DNA of 62,362 bases, the filler included, from Sphacelaria rigidula (Eukaryota): assembly GCA_964200075.2 (NCBI GenBank). It is 8 parts of 8 records of this genome, joined end to end, with 100 filler letters (N's around TTAATTAATTAA, not from the genome) between each part and the next. Parts side by side here need not be neighbours in the genome. Positions count along the whole stretch, not along the records: positions 1 to 7,709 come from CAXNAA020013719.1; positions 7,810 to 15,518 come from CAXNAA020013720.1; 6 more parts are not named here. One strand, written 5' to 3'. The translations under genes were made by a program, and so were the position numbers. The first letter of the stretch is position 1, and each line of letters begins with the position of its first letter. The notes below the pieces were generated by a model that was not told the origin of the DNA, searched no databases, and saw only the letters and a program-made list of their open reading frames with translations. Positions 1 through 12,985 of this stretch are shown here, one piece after another.

Positions 1-3000
1 GAGAAATCGAGCTAATGTGATGGATATAATAATAATAATACAGCAGGGCGTACCTTCCTGGTTTGTTTACTTAAAAGAGTACTTTCAAAGGCTCTCCTTT
101 TCTGCGCCGTTTCAAGCCTAATGCAGTATCAGGTGTGGAAAAAAATAAAGAAACGGTTGGGCACGCTGCCCAGACACCTCAGGCGTGGGGCTGAGGCGCT
201 CAAACGTGTTTTCGAGGTGTTCAGCCCGCGTGCAGCATCGCCACCCAAACCGAAAGGTGCGTCACCATTCTTTGTATATTGCCATAAGGCCGCTCCTTAT
301 AATGAACAAAAATCACCTTCAAAATAAATATATATTTGCCACTCTTCGTCCAGACAAAAAAAAATGACAGAATATTTGTGTGACAACTTCTTGACCCTTA
401 GACCGCGACCGTAGTGCATCTGGACCATGATAATATTTTCAAGGGAAATTGATGCCGATTCAGCAGATGATCTGCTCTCGCTGTCCAAGGATTAAGCCTT
501 TTGGAACCGTTGATGGTGGAAAGTTGACGATTTACAACTGACGTTTTTCCGGGCAAGAAATGGTTGTTTTTCTACAGCTCTTGAGCAAAAGATTCGCCCA
601 AAAATGTGTTTTCCAGACCCGTGAGAATGGAACGTGGAAGAAAATAAGGTTTCCTATTTTACGGGTATGACGAATTGTTCGACCCGTCGGTGTTTTCTAA
701 CCCCGGCCAGAGTGCACGGCAGGCCTCCGTGGAGCAATCCACGCCGCACTTGCACGCCCCTTCACTCGCAGTTGATGCTTTGTGCCACATCGTAGCAAGC
801 CTGCGTACAAGCTGCAATGATAAACGCGACACCGACGGCACATCTACCTCAGTGATGCCCCCGTCTACTGTCTGTATTCGGACACAGTCACCGTCAGGCC
901 ATGTGGGAATGTGTTCACCTACTCTTCGGACTGCGTGTGATCATGATATTTTCAGCTTCTTTCAAGTGTAAACTCACGTCATGCAAGTCACTGTACTCTG
1001 TCGTGCGCGTTCATACGACACCAGACTGCGGTTTGATCATTCCAAAACGGCGACGCAGACGCTTCGTACCCCACCGTGATACACACCTCTGATGCACCGT
1101 TGGCGGGGGTCGTCACTTTGGCATATCCGATACAGGCTCTCACTTCGTAGGCTGTGATCTTGCGGCATGTGTCATCCTGCACTTTGTGCTGTACATTTCC
1201 ACGATGCCACCTCTATACTGCGGGTTGATCATGCCTGAACGTTGCACAGCCGTACTTTGTGCTGCGCGAGGTTCACGACTCGGGCTGGCGCTATCGCGTT
1301 CGGACTATCTGTCCTCGTGGGCAGCGTTGGGGTTTCGTGCAATTATATTACAGACCTTCTTCTGTCTTCTTGGATGGAAGACCGTAACACCGCTATTCGG
1401 TTATACCAGACTGTAGTGAAGTGTGTTCACTGACTGTTCTTGTAGTTGGGCTAGGCTGGTTGCGAAAGGCTGTCCCGGTCGGTTGTCGACCGTTTGCTAG
1501 TATATTGCCTGTCTAGACGCTTGCAATCACGTCCGCCTGGTGTCTTCTACACAATCCTGCGTGCCTGTCAGCGTTTTCTGTTGCCACGGTTACTGTGTTG
1601 GCGTTCGATAGGCGAGTGGGGCGGGCGGTGTGCGCCGGGGGGCGATGGACTGCCCCAGCCGCTCTTGCAGCTTTTTCTGCGAAACGTCAAGCAGCGCCCT
1701 GGCCGTGCTTTTCAACCACCTCTTTCATCTGAATCTTACTTGCATATGGGTCGCTCTTCAGCGCTTCCACATGTGGTGACGGGATTTCTACTTGCTTGGG
1801 CAAATCATTGTCGCCGTATAGTGTGGCTTCCTACACTGTTGATGATGAAGCCCACCAAAACGGTGCACTACTCTAATTTTAAGTATACTTGTGCATCAGT
1901 CTAAGTTCAAGTATACTAATGTGGCATATTTGTGCACCGAACTCAAATTGACGTTTTTCCCCCTGACGAAGATCACATATGAGAGTTGTACTGTTTTGTG
2001 AGAGTTCTGTCGATGCATACACTTGGACACACTTCGCCCGCTGCGTGGTATTCTTGGACAAACCTAATCCAACCGCTCCGGGGTTTCATTTCCGGTGAAT
2101 CCATGACGTACGCTTCTGGAGTTTTCTTTTGTTTTTCACAGCAAAAATGGTTGCCGTCGGTCTTTCCTGTTTCGGTCTTTTCTGTTTTCATCTTTTCTTG
2201 TTCGCCAGAACTTGAAATAATGAGGCGTCTGGCCCGGGGACGGGAGGGGAGCGTTCCATAAATATTACAAGGAATATCAAATCTGGACATACTTCATGTT
2301 GTGCTTGTGTGCACACTGGTCAGTCAGCACCGGCGAGAAGGGTTCACGCGGACCAGAAATCGCGAGCCCAGAGAGGGCTGTTTGCCAAATGATTGGAAAC
2401 TATGGTTGGTACTACAAATGAGATGCCGCCGACCTTAACGCTAACGCTAACCCCAACCCCAGCCACGGTATAAGAGAACCCCCGGGCGTTGGGGGTGCAA
2501 AGGGTGCCCTAGGCAACATGTGAGTTGGCAGACCTCAATTCGGCGCCTGCGGCGTCGATTTGGGCGAAAACAATTTTTGGGCGAGCTACCATTATGCCCG
2601 TGAATGGGGGCTCGATTTTGGGTACTATATATCGGGAAAATGGACCGACCAATTCCATAGTCAGTTAAATGCAGAAGGAATGAAACCTAAATGAGCCAAT
2701 CAGATCAATCACAAGTACGCGCGTCACTCGAAACGACGATGACACTCGTACAAAATGTACCATTGCTGTACACCTGTACACAGGGTTACAACAGGAGGAT
2801 AGAAGCTGCTGCTCGTGTTGTTGTTGTGACCCTCGTGTTGCAGTATGTTGTTGTGCTCATCTTTCAACCCAAATTTCTCGGCAACGAAGCAGAGGATTGG
2901 ACTGCGGTTTGATGCATGCGCTTCCCACACACCATAACCTTTTAGTGCGGCAGCATGTTTCCGTAACGCGTGCCGCGGAGGCTGCAGCACTTTGCAAACC

Positions 3001-5722
3001 GCTGCACCAAACACGAAATGTACTGGAAACGCGTTCTCTCCAACGTTTTGGGGCTTTTCGGATCCGCTGTGGCGAATTGAGCAACTTCGCCGCCACACCG
3101 AATGGGTCTAGAGTGTGTGCGGGGGGCTGTGAAGCGCCACAGGCCGGTTTGCTTCCTGTCTCGACAACTATGCGATGGAGCGTGCGTTATGTTCGGCAGA
3201 GGTTCGACAGAGGTTCGGCAGAGGTCCAACCGGTCTATGACGTCTTCAATATGTCTTCAATATCCTTCCGCGTTCATTTTATTTTTTGTTGGCAACGGAT
3301 TTTTGGTCGGTAAGGCATTCATTCACGGGCATGACTGTAGGAGCACTTTGGACTATCAAAAGGTCCAAGTATCAGTGTTGCTTCTCAAGCGAAGTAACAA
3401 CCATTGTTTCTCACCATTTGGTAAACTCTGTTGAGCCCCGGCGGGGGGAAGGGAAAGGGCGTGCCTCAGCACTTTTCGCCGATCTGATAAGAACATCGCA
3501 TTTATGTTCCTTAAAGACTTCAACTCAAAATTATAATTAGCGGCGCGCGAAGAATGCAACAAGGTAAAAAAACAATCGTTTTCGATCGTAAACATGTGGT
3601 CGAAAGGCACGAAGCGGCACTTGACTCCTATCTTACAGACCACCACGCCATATAATACCTGTTCACAGGACCACGCAAACTTCATCCAACTCATTGTCAG
3701 CTACCACCGTAATACTGCAGCATGAAGCATGAGTTGAGCACAGGGATTAGATCCACTGCAGTAGTCGGGTGTGCTCTGTTTATTTCTTGTTGGCGAAAAC
3801 TTGCGCATCTTCTCTCATGGTAGGCACCAGCGACGGAACTGCGTCGGACGATGGGCAACCGAGTTGCGTGGATGCTCATGAACAGTGCAGGCAGTACAAA
3901 GCTGCACGTTGCTGAAGTCCTTTCACGTCGCATTGTAAGCAGAAAGAACTGATAGTCCTGGGTTGTCTGCACTGCACGTTGCCCGCTTCTCTCTTATATC
4001 CTCCTGAGTGAAACACGCACACACGCACTCAAGACACCTTGCTTGCAAGCAGTGCAGACAGTACACAGACTGTGCTATACACGAGTGACCATGTACCGTT
4101 TCACGAATTTCCCTGTATTTTTTCGATCGAAACCTTGAAAACCCATCTGGACCCAACTGCATCAAGACGAGAAAATTTCGCTCAAATCGATTCCACCGCC
4201 CCATTTTGTGGATCGAAAAAAAAAGTGCCAAGACACGCCCAAAGGCTCCGAAATTAAGGAACACATTAATCTTTTCTATCTGCACAAGAGTAGGCCTGAA
4301 TTATTATGTGTTTCATTCCCTACAGCGCGTTTTGTCCCAGTTTGTTTGAAGCTCGAGAACCATGGATTTCTGGGGGAAAAGGGGGGAGGGAAACTTTTCG
4401 AAGCGGACGCAAAAAAGAAAACAGGAGATGTGAGACCAAACAACCCACAAACCCAACCAAAACGAAACCACAGAGAAGAAAAAATTAGGAAGGAAAAAGA
4501 AACGAGAACCAACCGTTCTACCCTTGTTCCACGCTCTCTCGAGTAACAGGGCGGCGGGCGGGCGAATGGATTCGAACACGTTCGAGTACCACCACTTGTA
4601 CTGTACTTGACTGTCTTGCACCCGTGAATGTTCGTTGCCTTGCTCAGTATTGGCGAGCGTGGAGTGCTTTTTGAGCTTGGGAACTGAACACGACTGAACG
4701 AGGTGGGGTTGCGCTTTTTGATCTCTCACAGTGACCCCCACCATCCTCTTATATCGTCATATGCCACCCCATTATCCTGATCCTAAAAATCGTCACCCGC
4801 CAACACAAACCTCAGATTTCTCCGAAATCTCCCCACTGGGGCAAATAATATCCATGGTTGAAATCACTTGATGTGAGGTCTGCCAACGCAGACTTTGCCT
4901 TGGGAACCCTACAGACTTCTCCTGCCCGTGGGTTCTCGGTATGTCTTGGGTTGGGGTTAGGCCGTGTTTTATCGGGCTGAAAAAAGACAGCGAAGAGCAA
5001 AGCATGCTGATCGTTCGCTTTCCACTCTTTGCTCTTGTTTTTACGGCGATAAGACACGGGCTCCGGGTTAGCGACATGTCAAACATGCGTTAAGCATGAA
5101 TAAGCCATGAATATTTGCGCCGAACTGGGACAAAACCCACCTTGTTCCATGTATAACTGTTGTACAGTCGTAACAGGACGAATGCTCCTTCTCACTTTTT
5201 TATTGCGACATTTCGTTGCCTCCACCGAGCGTGACATTGTGCTCAAGACAACGGTAGAGCCTTCGCCGACTGCCATTGTGCCCACAACCAGGAATACCAA
5301 CAGCGCGTCACCCTACCGTCGCGCTGGATCCTTGCGGGAAAGACCGCACCGCACATCTAGTATTATTTTGTCACGATCTTGCCTCAGTTGAGATGCTATA
5401 CTTCTACTGTACGGGTACTGTATGGGAAAATTGTGAGGGCTACGCTACGCGACGCGCGGGAAACAAAATGAAACGCGCACACTGTTGTCTAGACTGGAGT
5501 ATGTAGCAGAACAAAAGATGACGGCAAAACTCGACCAAGTTCTTGTTTTCGGAAAAAATCCACCTGAGCAGCCAGCGCATACTTCTCAAACGGCTCACAA
5601 TTGTTTTATGCTACTGCTGTACTGTATAGTTATGGTTCACATGCTACAGACAGTGTTTTTGCGTCCTGCCCTGCACATAACCCCGCCCACACTGATCCTT
5701 GCTATAGTCATAAGCGCCTTGC

Positions 5723-6219
5723 CTGTTCATAAGCGCAGTCCACTCGTTGGGCTCAAACACGGCGACATCGCTCCACAGGGTCACGATCACACAAAATGCG
5801 CAGAACAAAAGTAGGTAGCTGCACAGATGCAACGCGTACAGCGGCCGACCCACCGCCGTGCTGCTCTGCTGGGTGGCCACATAGCGGACGACGTACACAG
5901 GCACCTCAGCCGCCAGACACAGGAAAACGAGGGCGTGAAATAAGAGGGAAGGTAATAGAATGCGAGATTCTGCGCCGACAGCACCGGCACCAGCGCCAGC
6001 CCCGAGTTGCTGTTGGTGATGCAAAATACTGTTGTGGCCGTTGTCCGCTAGCGTGTTGCTGTTGGTGCTGTAGTATAGTGCGGAGTAGTACTGGGATATG
6101 GACGATGATCGGCGGCGACGTCTGAATATTCGGAGTACTATGAGAAGGCGCACCAGGGCCACCGCAGAGACGATGAACACGGTGACTAATGCCACCAACA
6201 GTAAGTGCTTCTCCTCCAT
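5723..6219 (-). CDS. First coding exon of a multi-pass membrane protein (family unresolved)
   Basis: ATG at 6219 opens an ORF with about four hydrophobic segments (LLLVALVTVFIVSAVALVRLLIVL; LLFHALVFLCLAAEVPVYVV; LYALHLCSYLLLFCAFCVIVTLW). The exon end is uncertain; the best candidate is AG|GCAAGG at 5723/5722. Confidence 0.65.
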
Positions 6220-7635
6220 GGTACCCTCGACCTTCTTATCGCACAGCGTTTATACTCCGCGGTCCCTGGGTGAAACGTAATAAATGGTGTATATAATTAA
6301 ACTCATGCGGGGAATGCGTGGCTCCATGGGGGTGCTGTACCTTGTGCAACGGTACATAACACCCCCCCGCTCTGACCACCCGGAGCTTGCCCTTTAACCT
6401 TGATTTGCGAGTTCTCAGGAAAAAGGTAGATAATTCCATATTATCATTGTTATATTAGTTCATAAATATCTTTGTTTTCATACATGCAATAATTGGTGTC
6501 GTGGAATAGACAGATTTAGAAAAAAAAAGTCGAGGTTAGAGGGACGGTATCTTAGGGGGTGCTATACCCCATCATCTAGACTTATGCTTGTCGAAAGTGC
6601 CCAACAGTTCAAATACCGGACGTCTCAGGTCCGTTGTTCCTGTGCTGTGCGGTATTTAACTGCGTTTCATATTCGCTGTGCGAGGCGGGGCGTGGGAAGT
6701 GGTTTCATGTAATGCATAAGCACATCGTTGCTTCGCTGTGGAGTTTTATGGGATCTCATACACGCCCTTGTTGCTGGGAGCTTTTGGAGAAGGATCACAA
6801 CCGCGCGCGGGCCGCCGGCGGGGATCGAAGACTACTCGTGCTGGTGGAGTGACTGTTCTGTGCGCTTCCTTGCAATGAAAGAGAGCGCTACGAACCCCAT
6901 AAGGTAAATCAACCCTGTCACTCCTACCACACTCCTTCCATCTCCTGTATGTGTATTTTACCTTCGACAAACTCGACGTGAATGCCGCGTTGTCTGTACG
7001 ACATTCAGCGAGGTCGACTGTCTGATTTCAACCGTTTTCAGCCCGTTGGCACCGGGGTATCTACATATCAGCTTGTCTCGAGCTCTCATTCCTCGAGGTT
7101 GTTTGTGGGAGCAGTCGTCGCCCACGGCAGTTGGCGAATCATTTTCTGCGTTGGTATTATCTCGTCGAGAGATGTGGATAGACACCATAGCAGTAATGCT
7201 TGCATAGGGTTTGGGTTCTATAATTTCAAGGGCAAGACTCGGATACAGCGTTTGAATATTTGAAACGTTCACGATACCACCTGGGGTGTTATGCACCGTA
7301 AACCACAGAGTCACGACTGTGTACTATTTTTTCGTGCGGTTCGTGATCTTACACGTTCTGTTACACATGTTCCGTCCTTTTCTTGTCGGTGCAGCCCGAT
7401 TTGGAGCGTACAGAACACAAGACAGTCGCTTGTGTACTCGCAGTTCCCGTGTCGAGGTTGTTCTCGACTGGGACGTTGCGGGCGAGCAGTTACCAAAGTG
7501 GTGGCAACGGCCCGCACCCAGCAGATTCGTGCCCAAAACTTTCTGTGGTAGACACATTAGTTATCCGAAATATGCGTAGTGCCTGGTTCCACGTGCTGTT
7601 TCCGAGTAAGCTGGAGTCGCTGCTCTTCATATTCC

Positions 7636-7636
<1 letters not shown>

Positions 7637-7692
<56 letters not shown>

Positions 7693-7709
7693 CGTTGTTG
7701 TTGTTGTTG
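7637..7709 (+). repeat. (TTG)n microsatellite at contig end
   Basis: Seen directly; a similar tract lies at about 46677-46713. Confidence 0.95.
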
Positions 7710-7809
7710 NNNNNNNNNNNNNNNNNNNNNNNNNNNNNNNNNNNNNNNNNNNNTTAATTAATTAANNNNNNNNNNNNNNNNNNNNNNNNNNNNNNNNNNN
7801 NNNNNNNNN
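7710..7809. other. Artificial contig spacer N44-TTAATTAATTAA-N44 (also 15519-15618, 23327-23426, 31135-31234, 38943-39042, 46750-46849, 54557-54656)
   Basis: The same 100-bp spacer, with stops in all six frames, occurs seven times. Confidence 0.97.
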
Positions 7810-7855
7810 TTCTCTTTCGTTCCGCCTTGGGTTGTCTTTTTTTTTTGGGTGGGGT

Positions 7856-7886
<31 letters not shown>

Positions 7887-8417
7887 ATGGGCTATCGCGG
7901 CATCACTGGGGGTACCCCATTAACCATCACGAGTATCTGCAACCCTCACGGCAATGAGTGAACCGCGCCGTGGCTCAAATGTTGTGGATGATCGTGAACG
8001 ACCGCAAAATGACTGGGACGTCCACCTTTTCCATAATTTGTCGGCATACAACAATTCGATCAACGCAGCCACTGTCCTTTCCCAAAACGAACGCTCTATA
8101 TCAGCGGTATTGCCCCACTGTCAGCCACCATTTTTGAACAACATACGTTCAATGGTTACAAAGAGCCCAGGTCAGGATCACAACATCCTCTCACGATTTG
8201 GCGTGCTTCGGGCAGCGCCAAGCTGTCGTATTGGTCACGCGGGCAGAACACGATAAATTTACGAGCATCGCAAGACCGAACAACGCTCTTTGCAATCCAT
8301 GCACCAGCGCCCGACCTAGAAGGTTGGTGATTGAGTGCGGATTTTCAACACGTCGGCGACTGTTCGCCTAGGGACTAGCTACATAGATACGATGTCCAAG
8401 GCAAAAATGTTGGGTTA

Positions 8418-8669
8418 GACTGCTGCCGAGATAGCCCCCCCCCCCCCAAACCGGCCAAAAACGTGCACGGAGGCGATGATCATAACTGCCGTTAAAGCTG
8501 GTTTCGTGCTGCACGACGCGACTCATTTGGGCGTTATAGCTGATTTCGGACTGCTCTACGCCTCTCATGTGGGCGAAATCGCTGCAAACGAGCCCAATGG
8601 TGGGATTGCAGCCGGTTCGTTGGATGGTGCCAGTGCACTTTTTGTGGGGGGGCTATCTCGGCATTAGTC
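8418..8669. mobile_element. MITE-like element
   Basis: Inverted ends TGCCGAGATAGCCCCCCC and GGGGGGGCTATCTCGGCA; no coding capacity. Confidence 0.7.
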
Positions 8670-9881
8670 CGGACATGCATGGGGTTTATTCAACAAGAAA
8701 AAATTGGCTCAGATTTTTGATACAGATGGGCACCTTCCCCTTGAGTAGACGATTAATACGATACGCGGATAACGGCCCAACTCGTCTGTGTCGATGAGAT
8801 ATTGCTTTGAGAGCTTAAATCCGTTTTTAAATATTTAGGCTGGCCCAGCGCGTATTAATAGTGCAAAATCGAAAAATATGCACGTACATTCACGAACTGT
8901 TACTTGGCTACTACCTCTCGGGAGATTCGTTCTATATTCCTTCGAGTGATCTACCCTGAATAAGAGCTTGATGGAGAAGATGTTGTGACTCGCCCGACGC
9001 AACGGTTCGCGATTAGGTATCGACACGGGTCGGCACGCGCAGAGGGCAGTCAATTTTAACTGCTCGTTATAATGCACAGCGCAACGGGAAGTGAAATATC
9101 GGTAGTGAGGGGTATAGGTTTGGATGCGGGGGGGGGGTACTTAAAAAGAGGAGGGGGTGGGTGCGAGGAAGGCAGCCCCATCCCACTCAGGCTACATACT
9201 GTTATCTGAAGATCTCGGTGTGGTTGGTTCAGTCTTGGTTTCACGAGGTACAGGTGCGTGCTACATGCACATAGAAACTATCATTGTGGGACGAGTTGAC
9301 GTGGGCTCGGAGGTTGTCGGCCTTCTATGTTGTTTTCTCGAATGATGTACAAAAAACAGTTTGGCGGACCCGTAACGGTACTGTTGTATTTCCCTGTTTC
9401 CTCCTTTGGCTTATCGTGATAAAAGAGCAGAGGTAGCACCGGGCGCGTAGTACGATACTATCACGGTCATACTGCACTTATCGTCGCGCGGCGCCGTGTA
9501 GTTAGTAACAATGCAGATCGTGTTGTCACTAAAGACGGACATAATATGGTGAAGCGAAATAGCATCGCGAAGCACCGTACCGTACTCCGAACACCTCAGT
9601 ACGAATCCTTTGCACTGACGGCCAACTCCGATCTGTCTACACTTCAAAATTTGTAGCCCTCAGGCTGGTGGGTAGCGCACTCCCTATTGGAGGTGGGAAA
9701 CATTGGCACGGTCGGTGCGGATTGACCTGTTGTCTGAAGTTGAACTGTCTTAGCACAGGTAGTAGAGTATAGTACAACATCATCCACTATCTAATATTTA
9801 CGGTAAACAATCTCACACGCTCTCCCCCTCCCGTCCTCTTTTGCACTCTCCATACCACAGGGACAGAAGAGATAAATCAAC

Positions 9882-9993
9882 ATGGTTGCTCCGACCTTCA
9901 GCGTTGGTGTGGATGCGGATCCAATGATGGTTGAACAGACCATAGGCAAGAGCCTAGATGAGATAATCAAAGAGCGCCGCAAGGATCACAAAG
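9882..9993 (+). CDS. Exon 1 of a basic protein with an N-terminal UAP56-binding motif (ALYREF/UIF/CHTOP-like mRNA export adaptor candidate)
   Basis: Translates as MVAPTFSVGVDADPMMVEQTIGKSLDEIIKERRKDHK; SLDEII matches the SLDDII motif. Donor AAG|GTGCAG is phase 1 and joins in frame to 12326. Confidence 0.7.
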
Positions 9994-10744
9994 GTGCAGC
10001 AGGCATGGGGAAGAGTCATGTTGTGCGGTGGCTTTATTTTCTTTAGCGCTACGATATCGTTTGTCTACAGGATCGTTTGCACGGCTATATATAAATGTTG
10101 TGCCAATCATATATTCGCGCACAGTCGGTGACGGGATATACCACCCCCTATTAAATAGTGGATTTGCTGTTGTCAGGCAGCCAGGAATCAAAACTTGGTA
10201 TAATCTATGAGCATACCTTACTGGCATGGGCAGCCTTTCCAAAAGTTACTTCTCTCTGTACCCATTTTATACGTACCTCGCTCACAAGAAGCTCGCCCAA
10301 ACTGTATTTCTGTACCCTGTCGAGTTGAAGATCCTGGTTACCCTCTTCACCGTCCCACCATCTCGGTGACGAGTACTGACTGTTGTAGCCGTTCGATGTC
10401 GATGTTTCCGAGAATAAAGGGCCCGCACTACAACAAGATTCTTTCGAGCTGTCGAAGCCTGTCTATGGTCTATGGTTATTTGCGTACTTTTGAAAACACG
10501 ACGTTGGCCAGCGTGACCGCGTTGAAAAACTGGCCGCCGGATGGGGCTACCCCTCATGCTGTGAGGGGGTGTTTTTCCGTCACCGAGTACTATGGGTACC
10601 GTAGGTATGATTTGGCGCGCGGATCCTCTCCTTCGGGTCTTGATGCTCAGTACGGCAGTACAGCTGGCGGTACGGACCATATTTATTGTACTTTACTGCA
10701 ATGTTTGCGTAACGTGGACAGTCTCTGGTCTTGGTGTCCATGAT

Positions 10745-11365
10745 CGATTGATTTGATTGATTGCTTGTCGCTCTTTGACTGACCCCCCAGGGGTCCAGAC
10801 GTGGTCGCATGATAGACGTACCCAAGAAAAACAAAACTGAAACACTCGCTGAAGAAAAGAAGAAACAGAAAAAAATTCGAACAGAACGACATAGTAGACT
10901 AATATAAGACGTAAAAAAAAAATTTATAAGGAGAAACAAGTCAACAAAAGCAAAAAGCACCGAAATAAATGGTCGGCCTAAAAAGAAAAAAGGAATACGG
11001 CCGTACAAAAGGAAATAAAAGAGCAAGGAAAATAAAATAAAATAATATCATGAAGAAAAAAAAAAAGCCCAAAGGATTCAGGGCAGCAAAGTAGATACAG
11101 ATACACACCAGTGGGGCACCGAAGAGCCACCGCCTGAGGACATAATCAACAACCGATGTGAGCAGACAGGATTCTTCGATTGGCAGCCCTCGACGCAGCA
11201 GCCTCTCGCTTGTGACGGCTGTCTGATTCTCGTTTGTCCGCGCGTCGCCACGTGTCCTCAAACTCTTCCACACCTTTTTCGACTCCAATATGCAATTTGC
11301 CCACGTTCTTCGCCGCAGTGACCCAATCGTATGCATCCTTTACCTGTATGTGCCAGCCAACCAGC
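10745..11365 (-). mobile_element. 5'-truncated non-LTR retrotransposon (RTE-like LINE 3' end)
   Basis: Minus-strand remnant DWVTAAKNVGKLHIGVEKGVEEFEDTWRRAD resembles RTE ORF C-termini. It is followed by a T-rich 3' UTR and a (CAAT)n-type tail. The same 3' end recurs at 54445-54556. Confidence 0.6.
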
Positions 11366-11420
11366 TTTCTACACTCCTTGTACTGGACCACCCCGTATTA
11401 TTCTAACGTGAATACATACC

Positions 11421-11556
11421 ATACCCTGGACAAAATAATACACGATAAAAAAATGTACTGCGTACAGTATGGAATCTATGGTGTATCGCGATAGACAATA
11501 GATTCCATACTGTACGCAGTACATTTTTTGACCGTCTTTTCTATTGTCCAGGGTAT
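11421..11556. mobile_element. Palindromic MITE, (A/C)CCCTGGACAA TIR family
   Basis: ATACCCTGGACAA...TTGTCCAGGGTAT with a near-complete internal foldback; relatives at about 47843-47977 and 61010-61144. Confidence 0.8.
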
Positions 11557-11932
11557 GATACATACACAATACACAGCCCCTGTTGAGAGCAGCGTAAACG
11601 GCTTTGCCTCTGCACAGGTATTGTGTATACTTGTTCCTCGTGCATTCTTCTCCTTTTGGCGATGTAAAAAAACCCATCTTTGAACAAAGTCCTTGCGTGC
11701 AGCTAGAATAGCTCACTGAACGTACCGAGCTCTCTAGGTACATGCGGCGTCGCGTCGGAAGTGGATGTTTTCAATCGCGGGAAACTTCCACTCATCTTTC
11801 TCTCGCGAAGCCCGTCCTTCGCATGGTGGGGCACGCAAACTTTACGCTTTCCTTTCATGAAACAGATACGTTCGTCAGGGTTCATACATTAAAAATATAC
11901 ATGAAACAAAAAGAAGCTGTGCCTGAAGCCGT

Positions 11933-12178
11933 CGATTGATTAGCCCACATGAACTGACCCCCGATGGACCCGGTCGTGATCGGGAGATCGACGTACCCAG
12001 GAAACGCTCGCTGAAGAAGAAACGTGGAACGGAACAAAATGACAGAATGAAGAAGCGGAGTAAACTGAAAATCAGGGCAAAATAAACAAAAACGAAAGCG
12101 TACAAAACAAAAAGTAAACCAAGAAGGAAAATTAAAGTACAAATTAGGAACGGAGAGATGGCAAGGCAAAAAAAAGGT
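11933..12178 (-). mobile_element. LINE-like 3' tail directly downstream of the tRNA (putative SINE body)
   Basis: Shares ACTGACCCCC...GACGTACCCA.GAAA...CTCGCTGAAGAA and a GATTGATT tail with 10745-10860 and 54445-54556. Confidence 0.6.
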
Positions 12179-12250
12179 ATGGCACGCCAGGTTTCGATCC
12201 TGGGTCCTCGAGGTTATGAGCCTCGCACGCTACCTCTGCGCCACGTGCCA
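12179..12250 (-). tRNA. tRNA-Met(CAT), initiator-type (gene or SINE head)
   Basis: Full cloverleaf TGGCACG-TG-GCGCAGAGGTAGCGT-G-CGAGG-CTCATAA-CCTCG-AGGAC-CCAGG-ATCGAAA-CCTGG-CGTGCCA-T. It has the A54/A60 T-loop of eukaryotic initiators and a T8 run just downstream. Confidence 0.8.
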
Positions 12251-12325
12251 GGTTGGGCCACACTTTACGTCTACTGGCATGTTTGTACCCTATTTGACCG
12301 TGAGTGTTGATTACTTCGTTCTCAG

Positions 12326-12528
12326 GAATCAAATCCCCAGCCGGGGACGGCGGCGCTAAGGGGAAGGGAGCTGCCGCGGTGAAAGCTCGCGCGGCCGGGC
12401 TGGCGAAATCGGTTGGCGCGGGAAAGGCTAAGCGCGATGCGGCGCTGGCAAAAAAGCGTGGCATTGCCCCTACGGCAAAGGCGGACACGTCCAAAGTCGA
12501 TGCGCAGGTTCAGCGCTCTAAAAACAAG
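12326..12528 (+). CDS. Exon 2 of the same Lys/Ala/Gly-rich protein
   Basis: Acceptor TTCTCAG, donor AAG|GTATGT; GIKSPAGDGGAKGKG...QRSKNK; phase-compatible with both neighbours. Confidence 0.75.
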
Positions 12529-12985
12529 GTATGTGTGATCGTTGATCGAGCAGCTTGAATTCTAGAGAAGTCCGGCAGGGGGCAGAGAGAAAATGGCGAG
12601 ATGCTTGAGGACCATCCGACAACTTCTCCATCTCTAGATTGTTCTTATATAATAGCAAAATAATCTATTTGAATCGGGGTCCTTGAAGTTTACGCGTGTC
12701 GACAGCGATCGCATATTTTGCAGACTGTATACAGTACAGTGCGATGTGTACGTGTGTGCGTCGATTCTCACCGTGCCAAGCCGTGTTTTATTTTTATTTT
12801 CGGGGGGGGGGGGGGGGTGTGCTAAATGACCTGTCAAGTAGAGCTGGGTAGATTAGCTTGCACCGACTCTTCGTATATTCGATTGAAACACGTTTGGTCT
12901 ACCGGAAGAAACGAAGGGCATTTTGCACGCGTACACATCACAGCAGCCGGCCTCGTCCCCCCGCCATCACCACTGCCGCGAACAG

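Noticed and set aside
7383..7761. Poly-Leu and poly-Cys ORFs (also 46395-46805)
   Set aside because: (TTG)n microsatellites running into gaps.
7754..7765. TTAATTAATTAA as a recurring regulatory motif at about 7.8-kb spacing
   Set aside because: Always centred in N-runs; it is an artificial six-frame-stop linker.
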